Shown: in pieces, positions 28,867 through 36,032 of the stretch
Layout of the letters: the number at the start of each line of letters is the position of its first letter
Numbering within the stretch: position 1 is the first letter of the stretch
IMG/VR virus record: IMGVR_UViG_3300021373_003070
Strand: one strand, 5' to 3'
Length of the DNA stretch: 64,000 bases
Origin: a virus
Position numbers and translations under genes: made by a program
The notes under the pieces: model-generated
Told to the model about the DNA's origin: nothing
The model's input: the letters and a program-made list of their open reading frames with translations, nothing else
The model's database searches: none

Positions 28867-29187
28867 ATGGGTATGATGTTCACTAACACACTTTCGTATG
28901 ACATGAATGGCCGTAAGCGTAAGGCCAAGAAAGCCAAAGGCGAGGTGTATGGCAAATACAAACCAGAATTCAAACCTTATGTGGCTAAGCCAAGTACACC
29001 TCGTCGCGACGAAGGTGTTACATATGCATCTGTACCACTGTCTGCCAACAATGCTCAGACACCACGTAAGGAGTCAATGAAGTACACTGGTACCTTGATT
29101 AAAGGTATCGCAACAATGCACAAGTCAAATGCTGTGCCAGTTATAGAGAAGTCTCACGCTGAAGACATCTCGAGGATGAGGAGATAA
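28867..29187 (+). CDS. Basic hypothetical protein
   Basis: YTGTLIKGIATMHKSNAVPV...DISRMRR; GGAG RBS. Confidence 0.7.
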   Translation: MGMMFTNTLSYDMNGRKRKAKKAKGEVYGKYKPEFKPYVAKPSTPRRDEGVTYASVPLSANNAQTPRKESMKYTGTLIKGIATMHKSNAVPVIEKSHAEDISRMRR

Positions 29188-29188
29188 A

Positions 29189-29497
29189 ATGAAGTACTTT
29201 GCAATCGCGCTGTTCATGATGGCATCATCACCAGCTTTTTCTGAAGATAGATTCGAAGACATTCGCGATAAGTGGAAGATGTGCACAACTTGTCATGGAG
29301 CTCAAGGTCAAGGTGGTATTGGACCAACACTTGCAGGTCAGTCTGCTGATGACATTATTGATAAGCTGTTGCATTATAAGGCAGGTCATCAACTTGGTTC
29401 ACAGTCCGCATTGATGATTCCATGGGCTCAACAATTAACTGAAGGACAGATCGGTACTTTCGGTGTATTTGTTCAAGAAGGATTTCCAGATCAGTGA
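29189..29497 (+). CDS. Monoheme class I cytochrome c (c553/c554-like)
   Basis: Signal peptide, CTTCH heme motif, GPTLAGQ, distal Met in SALM. Confidence 0.9.
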   Translation: MKYFAIALFMMASSPAFSEDRFEDIRDKWKMCTTCHGAQGQGGIGPTLAGQSADDIIDKLLHYKAGHQLGSQSALMIPWAQQLTEGQIGTFGVFVQEGFPDQ

Positions 29498-29649
29498 ACG
29501 GTAAGGGTGACAAGAGACGACCTCCTAGTGTAGATCAAAAAACATTTGATAGCAACTGGGATCGTATTTTTAATAAACAGCAACAACAACCTGCGCAGCC
29601 TAATCTTGATGAAAAGAAAAGGCAAGCGCAGGATCGTCGGAATGGTTGA
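29494..29649 (+). CDS. Small hypothetical protein (51 aa, not in ORF track)
   Basis: GTG start overlapping the cyt c stop; GKGDKRRP...FDSNWDRIF. Confidence 0.55.
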   Translation: MNGKGDKRRPPSVDQKTFDSNWDRIFNKQQQQPAQPNLDEKKRQAQDRRNG

Positions 29650-29651
29650 AT

Positions 29652-29906
29652 TTAAGCAACCACGATATTGATCTTCTCAACTTCACATTGCATAGTTTTT
29701 CGTCCTTGTTTTACAAGGACTTTATCTACTGGAAAGTGACGTTGTTTAGTGAGTATCTTTACAGGTTGAGTGGGATCAATGGTGCAGTTTTCAACTGTGA
29801 TGGCCCAAGTGTATTTGTCTTGTTCGACATATACTATTTTGGTTTCTTCTTGATTTGCGTATGCAAATGTAGATGTGAGTAGCAAGAGTGATGCTAGATA
29901 TTTCAT
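29652..29906 (-). CDS. Small secreted protein
   Basis: Signal peptide, AAGGAG RBS and upstream late promoter on the minus strand. Confidence 0.7.
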   Translation of the reverse strand: MKYLASLLLLTSTFAYANQEETKIVYVEQDKYTWAITVENCTIDPTQPVKILTKQRHFPVDKVLVKQGRKTMQCEVEKINIVVA

Positions 29907-29960
29907 TTTTGTCTCCTTTTTTCGTCATCACGACGAGTTAATTGCCTCACGGCATAGTTT

Positions 29961-29968
29961 TATTTATA
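29961..29968 (-). promoter_or_regulatory. Late promoter TATAAATA (minus strand)
   Basis: TATTTATA on +, 55 nt upstream of the 29906 start. Confidence 0.65.
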
Positions 29969-30019
29969 CAAAATTGTAATACAACCTTAACATAGACTTA
30001 ACAAAAAATTAACAATTTA

Positions 30020-30095
30020 GCCGCTATAGCACAATTGATAGTGCATTCGCCTTGTAAGCGAAAGGTTCTTGGTTTGAGTCCAAGTAGCGGCACCA
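30020..30095 (+). tRNA. tRNA-Thr(UGU)
   Basis: GCCGCTA/TAGCGGC acceptor stem, TTCGC-CTTGTAA-GCGAA anticodon arm, encoded CCA; atypical T-loop TTTGAGT. Confidence 0.9.
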
Positions 30096-30102
30096 TTTTA
30101 AT

Positions 30103-30128
30103 TCCCTGTTAGCTCATGTTAAAGAGCA
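30103..30128 (+). pseudogene. 5' fragment of a tRNA (Asn-like)
   Basis: TCCCTGT-TA-GCTC-ATGTTAAA-GAGC-A gives an acceptor 5' strand plus D-arm; no 3' half follows. Confidence 0.55.
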
Positions 30129-30134
30129 ACTTTG

Positions 30135-30142
30135 TATAAATA
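30135..30142 (+). promoter_or_regulatory. Late promoter TATAAATA for the endonuclease gene
   Basis: Exact consensus, then GGAGGT RBS and ATG at 30160. Confidence 0.7.
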
Positions 30143-30159
30143 AAAATACGGAGGTGCTT

Positions 30160-30492
30160 ATGAAAACATGTAAACATTGTGGTATAGATCTATCTACTGT
30201 CAAACATGAAGGTAGACAGTGTAAAACTTGTCGTAATGGATTGGCAAGATATGGTTTAAATCGCAAACAACAACAGGAGTTGTTAGAATCACAGAATCAT
30301 AAATGTGGTATTTGTGAACAAGAAGTAGAATTATTCGTGAATAATAATCAGGCAGGAGTAATTGATCATTGTCACGAAACAGGAAACGTTAGAGGGATAT
30401 TATGTGGACCATGCAATACAGTTTTAGGACGAATAGATATTGTTGGCCAACAAAAATTCTTATCTAACGTCGAAAAATATATTCCCGAGTAG
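30160..30492 (+). mobile_element. Endonuclease VII-family free-standing (homing) endonuclease
   Basis: CxxC pairs, YGL, Q...CGIC, IDHCHETG.VRGILC..CN..LG. Confidence 0.85.
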
Positions 30493-30559
30493 CTCAGTTG
30501 GTAGTAGCAATTGACTGTTAATCAATGGGTCGTAGGTTCGAGTCCTACCTCGGGAGCCA
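30483..30559 (+). tRNA. tRNA-Asn(GUU)
   Basis: TCCCGAG/CTCGGGA stem, ATTGA-CTGTTAA-TCAAT, GTAGG-TTCGAGT-CCTAC, CCA. Confidence 0.95.
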
Positions 30560-30620
30560 TTTTTTTATATAAATGTGAAAAATTAACAAAAATAATTGAA
30601 AATAATCGCACTTTTTTCTC

Positions 30621-30716
30621 AAAAAAGTCTAATGAAATCAATAAGTTACAAGTCTCAAAAAACTCTAATCAAATCAATAACTTAGAGATGTACTTTCCTG
30701 ACCATTGTAGTATAAT
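30621..30716 (+). promoter_or_regulatory. Early promoter cassette with two IHF-consensus sites (copy 1)
   Basis: WATCAA-N4-TTR at 30636 and 30672; TGTACT-N16-TATAAT. Confidence 0.75.
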
Positions 30717-30743
30717 GGTACCATCAAATAGAGGAAAGCAGAC

Positions 30744-31022
30744 ATGGCACGAATCATCTACCAAACAGAATGTGAAATCGCAGAGATGAAGGACAGCGGT
30801 ATCGACTTCAACCAAGCCCTTCGTATCATCAAGGGTTTCATGGGTACAGACGATACTCTTGACGCCCTTCAAGGTTTCGAGCGTCGTTATTCGAAAGCTG
30901 AGGTTGATGCTCTCGAGACTGACGACTACGATTTCGACCACGAATGGCGGTACGAGGTTTACTCTTACAACCTTCTGGTCGAAGGTTTTTCTAAATTGTT
31001 TGCTCCAAAGGAGGTAGCGTAA
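30744..31022 (+). CDS. Early hypothetical protein
   Basis: GAGGA RBS; first gene behind the cassette. Confidence 0.7.
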   Translation: MARIIYQTECEIAEMKDSGIDFNQALRIIKGFMGTDDTLDALQGFERRYSKAEVDALETDDYDFDHEWRYEVYSYNLLVEGFSKLFAPKEVA

Positions 31023-31204
31023 TGCCAGTAACTGAATGGTGGATGAGAGGTGAGATGGGCGAGTATCTTCGCGATTGTGTTGAGCATCGCATTTATAATG
31101 CGCCCAACCCTGAGTGGGGTGAGCTCGAGCAAGACGCTAAGCGTGCAGGCTTGTCTTACTCAGAGACGTTTGAATTTTTGCAGAATGTAAGAGAGGAAGG
31201 TTAA
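31022..31204 (+). CDS. Early hypothetical protein
   Basis: AGGAGGT RBS, coupled start. Confidence 0.65.
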   Translation: MPVTEWWMRGEMGEYLRDCVEHRIYNAPNPEWGELEQDAKRAGLSYSETFEFLQNVREEG

Positions 31205-31206
31205 TC

Positions 31207-31557
31207 ATGGAAGTTAAGTCAGGTCGTACCCCAGCATACGTTTGCACTTTAGATCCAATGTCAGTTGGTGATATGCAACACCTTGATCACATGCGCGCAG
31301 CAATTGCTGCAGCAAATCGTACCGCAGAACGCGTGTACACGAAGTACGGTTCGAGCTACATTGCTAAGCAGCGTGTGACTGTCAAAGGTCGTAAGCCTAT
31401 TCAAAAGCAACTCGTTAACGTTGGCGGTTATTACGGTAAACCAAAACTCGCTTGGAGAGGTCACAATTCTTTCGGCGACATCGTAGGTGGTCTTGCCAAT
31501 GCTGGTGAGTATGACATCTACATTCATCAAGATCGACGAAATTGGGAGTATGCATAA
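31207..31557 (+). CDS. Early hypothetical protein
   Basis: GAGGAAGG RBS. Confidence 0.65.
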   Translation: MEVKSGRTPAYVCTLDPMSVGDMQHLDHMRAAIAAANRTAERVYTKYGSSYIAKQRVTVKGRKPIQKQLVNVGGYYGKPKLAWRGHNSFGDIVGGLANAGEYDIYIHQDRRNWEYA

Positions 31558-31678
31558 TGAATGAACAAAGAAACTGGTTGATACATCAACTATCAATGGA
31601 AGACATAAAAGTCTACCGACTTATGGCTCTTGAAACAGAAGAGCTTATTCGTCTCGCTAAGTCATATGGTATTGAGTT

Positions 31679-32221
31679 ATGACACATCCATTTAGAAAGA
31701 TGCAGGAACGCCTGCGTCAAGAAGGCTGGTATGTTGGTTGGAACGAACCATGCTGTCAGTCATGTGCATGGTCTTGTCTACCTGACTATCTTGACGAAGA
31801 GAAAGAGATCGACGTCGACTTTTCCAAGGTACTCTTCAATCACTCACAAGATTGTGAAGTCGATATGTACATGGATGAAATGGAATGTGAGATGTGTGAT
31901 GGTGAAGGCTACTATTACGAAGAAGATCTCAACGAAGATCAAGGCGAAGATGATGACGATGAATGTCCTAAATGTGGCGGAAGCGGATACAATCAAGCCT
32001 TACTCGAAACGATGTATGACGATGACGAATTCGATCGTTCGGTTGACGGCTTTCTATGTCTTACACCTGAAGCATCGAATGGATCAAATTTCTGTTTCGA
32101 TGGCAGCAAAGAAGGTGTCGAGAACTTCAAAGCCGTTATGCCAATCATTGAGGAGTGTGGCATCAAAATACATTGGAACGGTTCCGGCGATTCAAGGATT
32201 GAACTGACATGGAGAGATTGA
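31679..32221 (+). CDS. Cys-rich acidic protein with DnaJ-type zinc-finger repeats
   Basis: CCQSC; CEMCDGEG and CPKCGGSG (CxxCxGxG). Confidence 0.7.
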   Translation: MTHPFRKMQERLRQEGWYVGWNEPCCQSCAWSCLPDYLDEEKEIDVDFSKVLFNHSQDCEVDMYMDEMECEMCDGEGYYYEEDLNEDQGEDDDDECPKCGGSGYNQALLETMYDDDEFDRSVDGFLCLTPEASNGSNFCFDGSKEGVENFKAVMPIIEECGIKIHWNGSGDSRIELTWRD

Positions 32222-32300
32222 TAGATATTAGTATAGCTTGTACTATTATAGACATTACTCTCTTAATAGCATTTCAATTATTAGTCAACCGAAGTATGAT

Positions 32301-32615
32301 ATGATGTCAGAAAAAACATACAAATACAGACAGGTATCGTTAACATTGATTGAGGGAGCTGCGTTAGTATCACGTAAGTTTCCTAAGTCATATGTTTATC
32401 TGCCCGAAGATCAACGTCTTAGCGATTTGATGAATGATGAACGACAGTTCCTCCCAGTGTATAAAGAAAATCAATATCACATGGGCGACTATGATATGAT
32501 GATTGTAAACAAAGCAGTCATCGCAGTGATTGAAGAGGAAGGTAATGGCGCGAAGAAAAAAATCAGTAGAGAAGGAATTAAAACCAATAGCGGGATTCGT
32601 TTCGACACCGACTAA
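32301..32615 (+). CDS. Hypothetical protein
   Basis: RLSDLMNDERQFLPV...IVNK; start uncertain. Confidence 0.55.
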   Translation: MMSEKTYKYRQVSLTLIEGAALVSRKFPKSYVYLPEDQRLSDLMNDERQFLPVYKENQYHMGDYDMMIVNKAVIAVIEEEGNGAKKKISREGIKTNSGIRFDTD

Positions 32616-32865
32616 TAAGATACCCGGCTATAAAACAAGCTTTCGAAAAGGTGGTATCACATTTAATGTTGGTGATACAATCTTGGCTGGTGTAGGTGAT
32701 GAGGCGATAGAAGGTCAGCTGACTTCTGTTCTCGCCTCGCAGTTCGTTGTAACAGGTGATCAAGCACCATATGGTAAGTTCTTCTTTTATAATGGTACGA
32801 AGCTAGTGATGATTAAATCTACAAAACCACAGAAGCCTAAGCGCAAGCGACGTACGAAGAAATGA
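32545..32865 (+). CDS. Basic hypothetical protein
   Basis: GAGGAAGG RBS before MARRKK. Confidence 0.6.
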   Translation: MARRKKSVEKELKPIAGFVSTPTNKIPGYKTSFRKGGITFNVGDTILAGVGDEAIEGQLTSVLASQFVVTGDQAPYGKFFFYNGTKLVMIKSTKPQKPKRKRRTKK

Positions 32866-33413
32866 TTGAAACTCCAGTTTTTCCAACGATGTTTTATGAG
32901 ATGAATATTGATCCGAATCTTGCGATCGATATCATTGCATACATTAAAGAACAAGAACCAAGAATAAGATCGATATCAGAGGCATCACAGCCTCATCCTA
33001 TTACTGACTATGCAACAGATTTTGCTCATCCCATACACATACCATTATTTCATGAGCATGTCATTCCAGCTGTAGAGGCATCAGCTAGCTCAATTGGATA
33101 CAAATTTCAGTTAGAAAATTATTGGGTGTCATGCTATACTGGACCAGCTGGTTCACATCCTATGCATAATCACCAAGAGAAATACAATGGTAGAATCATG
33201 ATGTCAGCCATTCTATATTTGTCTGATATTGGTTTTACTGATTTCTTTAACATGAGCTATTCAGCTGACCAATATATGTATAGCGTACCATCGAAGATGG
33301 GTAAGATTGTATTCTTTCCTTCTATCGTACCTCATCAATACAGAGCAGAACAATACGACGGTAATAGCCGTTACACATTACCATTCAACGGAAGCTTTAT
33401 ACGTGCAGACTAG
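32862..33413 (+). CDS. 2OG-Fe(II) oxygenase
   Basis: HNH, SAILYL, VFFPS.VPH, R.TLPFN. Confidence 0.8.
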   Translation: MIETPVFPTMFYEMNIDPNLAIDIIAYIKEQEPRIRSISEASQPHPITDYATDFAHPIHIPLFHEHVIPAVEASASSIGYKFQLENYWVSCYTGPAGSHPMHNHQEKYNGRIMMSAILYLSDIGFTDFFNMSYSADQYMYSVPSKMGKIVFFPSIVPHQYRAEQYDGNSRYTLPFNGSFIRAD

Positions 33414-34101
33414 AATTATATACGTAGAACAATCTGAAAAAAGTGTAAAAGCAGCAACAGCATTAAAAGAAAAGATGTTGGATTATTTTAAGAATGTAGA
33501 ATTGTCTGCTGGTGTATGGAAAGATGACGTCGATATTTCTAAACACAAGTTGCTACCGTATTTTGGTGGACAACACGGCAGTGAAGGTCGACTAGATATA
33601 GCTGCTGAAGTGGCAACCTTTCTTTCTCATAAACAATGCTGGGAAGAGTGTGCCAAAGGTTTTGAGAATATGCTCATTCTCGAGGATGATGCTGCATTCT
33701 TAAACGATCCGGATATGACAGCTATTGAGATGTTTCACGGTCATGTTCTTAATCTTGGCATACCAAATTGGGGCACACCAAATGGTAGACAGAAAAAGTC
33801 AATCATAAAACGCAGAGAGTTAAAGCGCCGGCTCGACTGCAACTATGATCATAACGTTATGAATATTACAAATGATAAATGTGATTGTGACAACATTAAT
33901 TTATTCGGTGCACATGCATATATTCTGTCGCCAGCAGGTGCAAAATTATTATTAGCTGATGTAAAAAATGGTATTAGACCAGCTGATGTTTTCATTCGAC
34001 AAGAGATAGTCACCATATATGATTTGTTTCCACTCATTGCAAATCAATCAACATATATTGGAGAATACTTTTCAAACATAGTGAAAGATTATAATGTATG
34101 A
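33403..34101 (+). CDS. GT25-like glycosyltransferase
   Basis: FLSH..CW, LILEDDA, GAHAYILSP.GA..LL, PAD. Confidence 0.8.
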   Translation: MQTRIIYVEQSEKSVKAATALKEKMLDYFKNVELSAGVWKDDVDISKHKLLPYFGGQHGSEGRLDIAAEVATFLSHKQCWEECAKGFENMLILEDDAAFLNDPDMTAIEMFHGHVLNLGIPNWGTPNGRQKKSIIKRRELKRRLDCNYDHNVMNITNDKCDCDNINLFGAHAYILSPAGAKLLLADVKNGIRPADVFIRQEIVTIYDLFPLIANQSTYIGEYFSNIVKDYNV

Positions 34102-34810
34102 TGACATAGAAGGTTACGCCACTTCTGCTTTTTTCGAATGTGTTGGTATGATCAATGACGCGATTAAGAGTGATGCAGGTATCGCCGAAATAGGCGCATA
34201 TAAAGGTAAGAGCTTTTGCATGTTGAATCACTATTCGAATGGAAAAGAATCATACGCATTTGATATCTTCGAAGATCAACAATTTAACTGGCCGAGATCG
34301 GGCACAATTGATTTGACAATGGATATGTTTACCGAAAACTTACGTAAGCATGATCGTTGGTCCGGAAAAAATGTACATATCATGAAGTGCGATACGCTAT
34401 ATTCGACGAAGCTTATCACTGAAGATTTTGTAAAGAAGAAAGTAAAAATGTTCAGTGTAGATGGTTCTCATACGAAACATCATGCACTCAACGATCTGTA
34501 TATTGCTGAAAAGTGTATTACAAAGGATGGCGTTGTCATTCTCGATGATTTCTTTTCATCGCAATATGCAGGACCTACGGAAGCGTTGTTTGCCTATGAA
34601 GGAAACCTCGTTCCGTTTTTTAATGTTGATGGTGCTTTATTTTTGTGTGATCAGAGTTATCACAATCAATACTATCAACATGTTTATACCCGTACTATCA
34701 ATGCACATGGAGGACATACAGAGTTCTTCAACAATATCAGTAATATTAATATTGTTAATTTTTCAAAGTTGTTAAATTTTGATGTACTGTGGTATAAATA
34801 TATGCCGTGA
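34094..34810 (+). CDS. Class I SAM-dependent methyltransferase (Methyltransf_24-like)
   Basis: AEIGAYKGKS, SVDGSH, GVVILDD. Confidence 0.8.
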   Translation: MYDDIEGYATSAFFECVGMINDAIKSDAGIAEIGAYKGKSFCMLNHYSNGKESYAFDIFEDQQFNWPRSGTIDLTMDMFTENLRKHDRWSGKNVHIMKCDTLYSTKLITEDFVKKKVKMFSVDGSHTKHHALNDLYIAEKCITKDGVVILDDFFSSQYAGPTEALFAYEGNLVPFFNVDGALFLCDQSYHNQYYQHVYTRTINAHGGHTEFFNNISNINIVNFSKLLNFDVLWYKYMP

Positions 34811-34863
34811 TGCCTAATGGGTCACATAATTCTTGCTTAATAAAAAAGGAGAAAACCACTATG
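34793..34863 (+). promoter_or_regulatory. Late promoter plus ROSE-like structured leader of hsp20
   Basis: TATAAATA 34793-34800; TTCTTGCTT (34830-38) can pair with SD AAGGAGAA (34846-53) with a bulged G. Confidence 0.6.
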
Positions 34864-35292
34864 GTTACGACTAAACATTTTACGTTCCCTACCTCTAGCT
34901 TTATCGGATTCGACCACCTCTGGGATGAGATCACCAAGCTGCAACAAGTTGGCGATAACACATACCCGAGACACAATGTAGTCAAGCACAGTGAGACGGA
35001 GTACAGTATCGAACTGGCTTTAGCTGGCTACGGGAAGGACGAGATTGAAGTAGAGTTGAAGGAAGGGATACTCGTCATCAAAGGCGAACCGTCCAAAGAT
35101 GACGTAGAGTACCTGCATAAAGGAGTCTCTACTAAGAGATTCACACGAACGTTCCGTCTGTCCGAACACGTTGTAGTGGATGGAGCTGACTTCAAGAATG
35201 GACTACTAGTCATAGATTTGAGAGTAGAAATTCCAGAAGAAAAGCGTCCTCGCAAAATTCCCATTGGAAAACAATTGCTAACAGAGGACTGA
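34861..35292 (+). CDS. hsp20: Small heat-shock protein Hsp20 (IbpA-like)
   Basis: IGFD, YP.HN, ELALAG, YLHKG, F.NGLL.I.L...PEEK.PR.I.I. Confidence 0.95.
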   Translation: MVTTKHFTFPTSSFIGFDHLWDEITKLQQVGDNTYPRHNVVKHSETEYSIELALAGYGKDEIEVELKEGILVIKGEPSKDDVEYLHKGVSTKRFTRTFRLSEHVVVDGADFKNGLLVIDLRVEIPEEKRPRKIPIGKQLLTED

Positions 35293-35293
35293 G

Positions 35294-35521
35294 ATGAAAA
35301 AACTGGCCATTACGGCTCTATGTTTTTTTTCTTCATTATCGCAAGCATCTGACATGGAAGAGATGGTTGTAGTAGCACGGCAAGTACGAATTGTATTGCT
35401 GTCTATCAACGAGACTCACCGGTACGATGCGTTTACACGCTCTTGGATATACGATGCCGCTAAAGAAAAGGCAGCGATGGCTAAGAAGCTTGCAGATATT
35501 GAAGACAAAAAAGCCGCCTAA
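35294..35521 (+). CDS. Small secreted protein with TonB-box-like EEMVVVA
   Basis: Signal peptide followed by MEEMVVVAR. Confidence 0.6.
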   Translation: MKKLAITALCFFSSLSQASDMEEMVVVARQVRIVLLSINETHRYDAFTRSWIYDAAKEKAAMAKKLADIEDKKAA

Positions 35522-35523
35522 CA

Positions 35524-35545
35524 AAAAGGGGCTTCGGCCCCTTTT
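35524..35545. terminator. Bidirectional rho-independent terminator
   Basis: AAAAGGGGC-TTCG-GCCCCTTTT between convergent genes. Confidence 0.9.
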
Positions 35546-35546
35546 C

Positions 35547-35993
35547 TTAGACAACCTCTAAACGGCCCATTAACCTTTCAGCGCGATTAGTTACTTGACG
35601 ATACCACAATGAATCACGACCTTCCACAGCAGCAGAACTCCACTCACCACATTCGAGGTGGGCATTCATCTTCTTAAATTTTGATAAGCGAGTACGACCC
35701 ATATTGAACATCATATTGACAAGAATTTCTTGTACTTCACCGGGATATCCTTCCCAAATATCAGGTCCATATAATGCAACACATTCACTTATAGCCAAAT
35801 CGAGATCCGCTTCGAAGAGTTCGAAGACTCTTTCTTCCGATACTTTTGTTCCCACATCGGCTCCGTGTTCTGGCTCTCCTTCTTTAATGAGGTGGCCGAC
35901 TCCAAGGGTTGGATAGCCGAGGTGATCAAGGTAGATTTCATACTCGACGCCTTCATCGATCTTGAGTTGTTGATATACATTGTTTCTGTCCAT
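35547..35993 (-). CDS. T4-type lysozyme (GH24 endolysin)
   Basis: Start MDRNNV with AGGAA RBS; E-x8-D-x5-T triad (EGVEYEIYLDHLGYPT), NMMFNMG, SLWYRQV..RA.RL. Confidence 0.9.
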   Translation of the reverse strand: MDRNNVYQQLKIDEGVEYEIYLDHLGYPTLGVGHLIKEGEPEHGADVGTKVSEERVFELFEADLDLAISECVALYGPDIWEGYPGEVQEILVNMMFNMGRTRLSKFKKMNAHLECGEWSSAAVEGRDSLWYRQVTNRAERLMGRLEVV

Positions 35994-35997
35994 TATG

Positions 35998-36026
35998 TTT
36001 ACTTTCCTATGTTTTTTTGGTAGAAT
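35998..36026 (+). promoter_or_regulatory. Promoter GTTTACT-N17-TAGAAT for gp43
   Basis: Motif match; the ATG follows after only 6 nt. Confidence 0.65.
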
Positions 36027-36032
36027 AGCCTT

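Noticed and set aside
30511-30789. 92-aa ORF
   Set aside because: Spans tRNA-Asn and the promoter cassette; spurious
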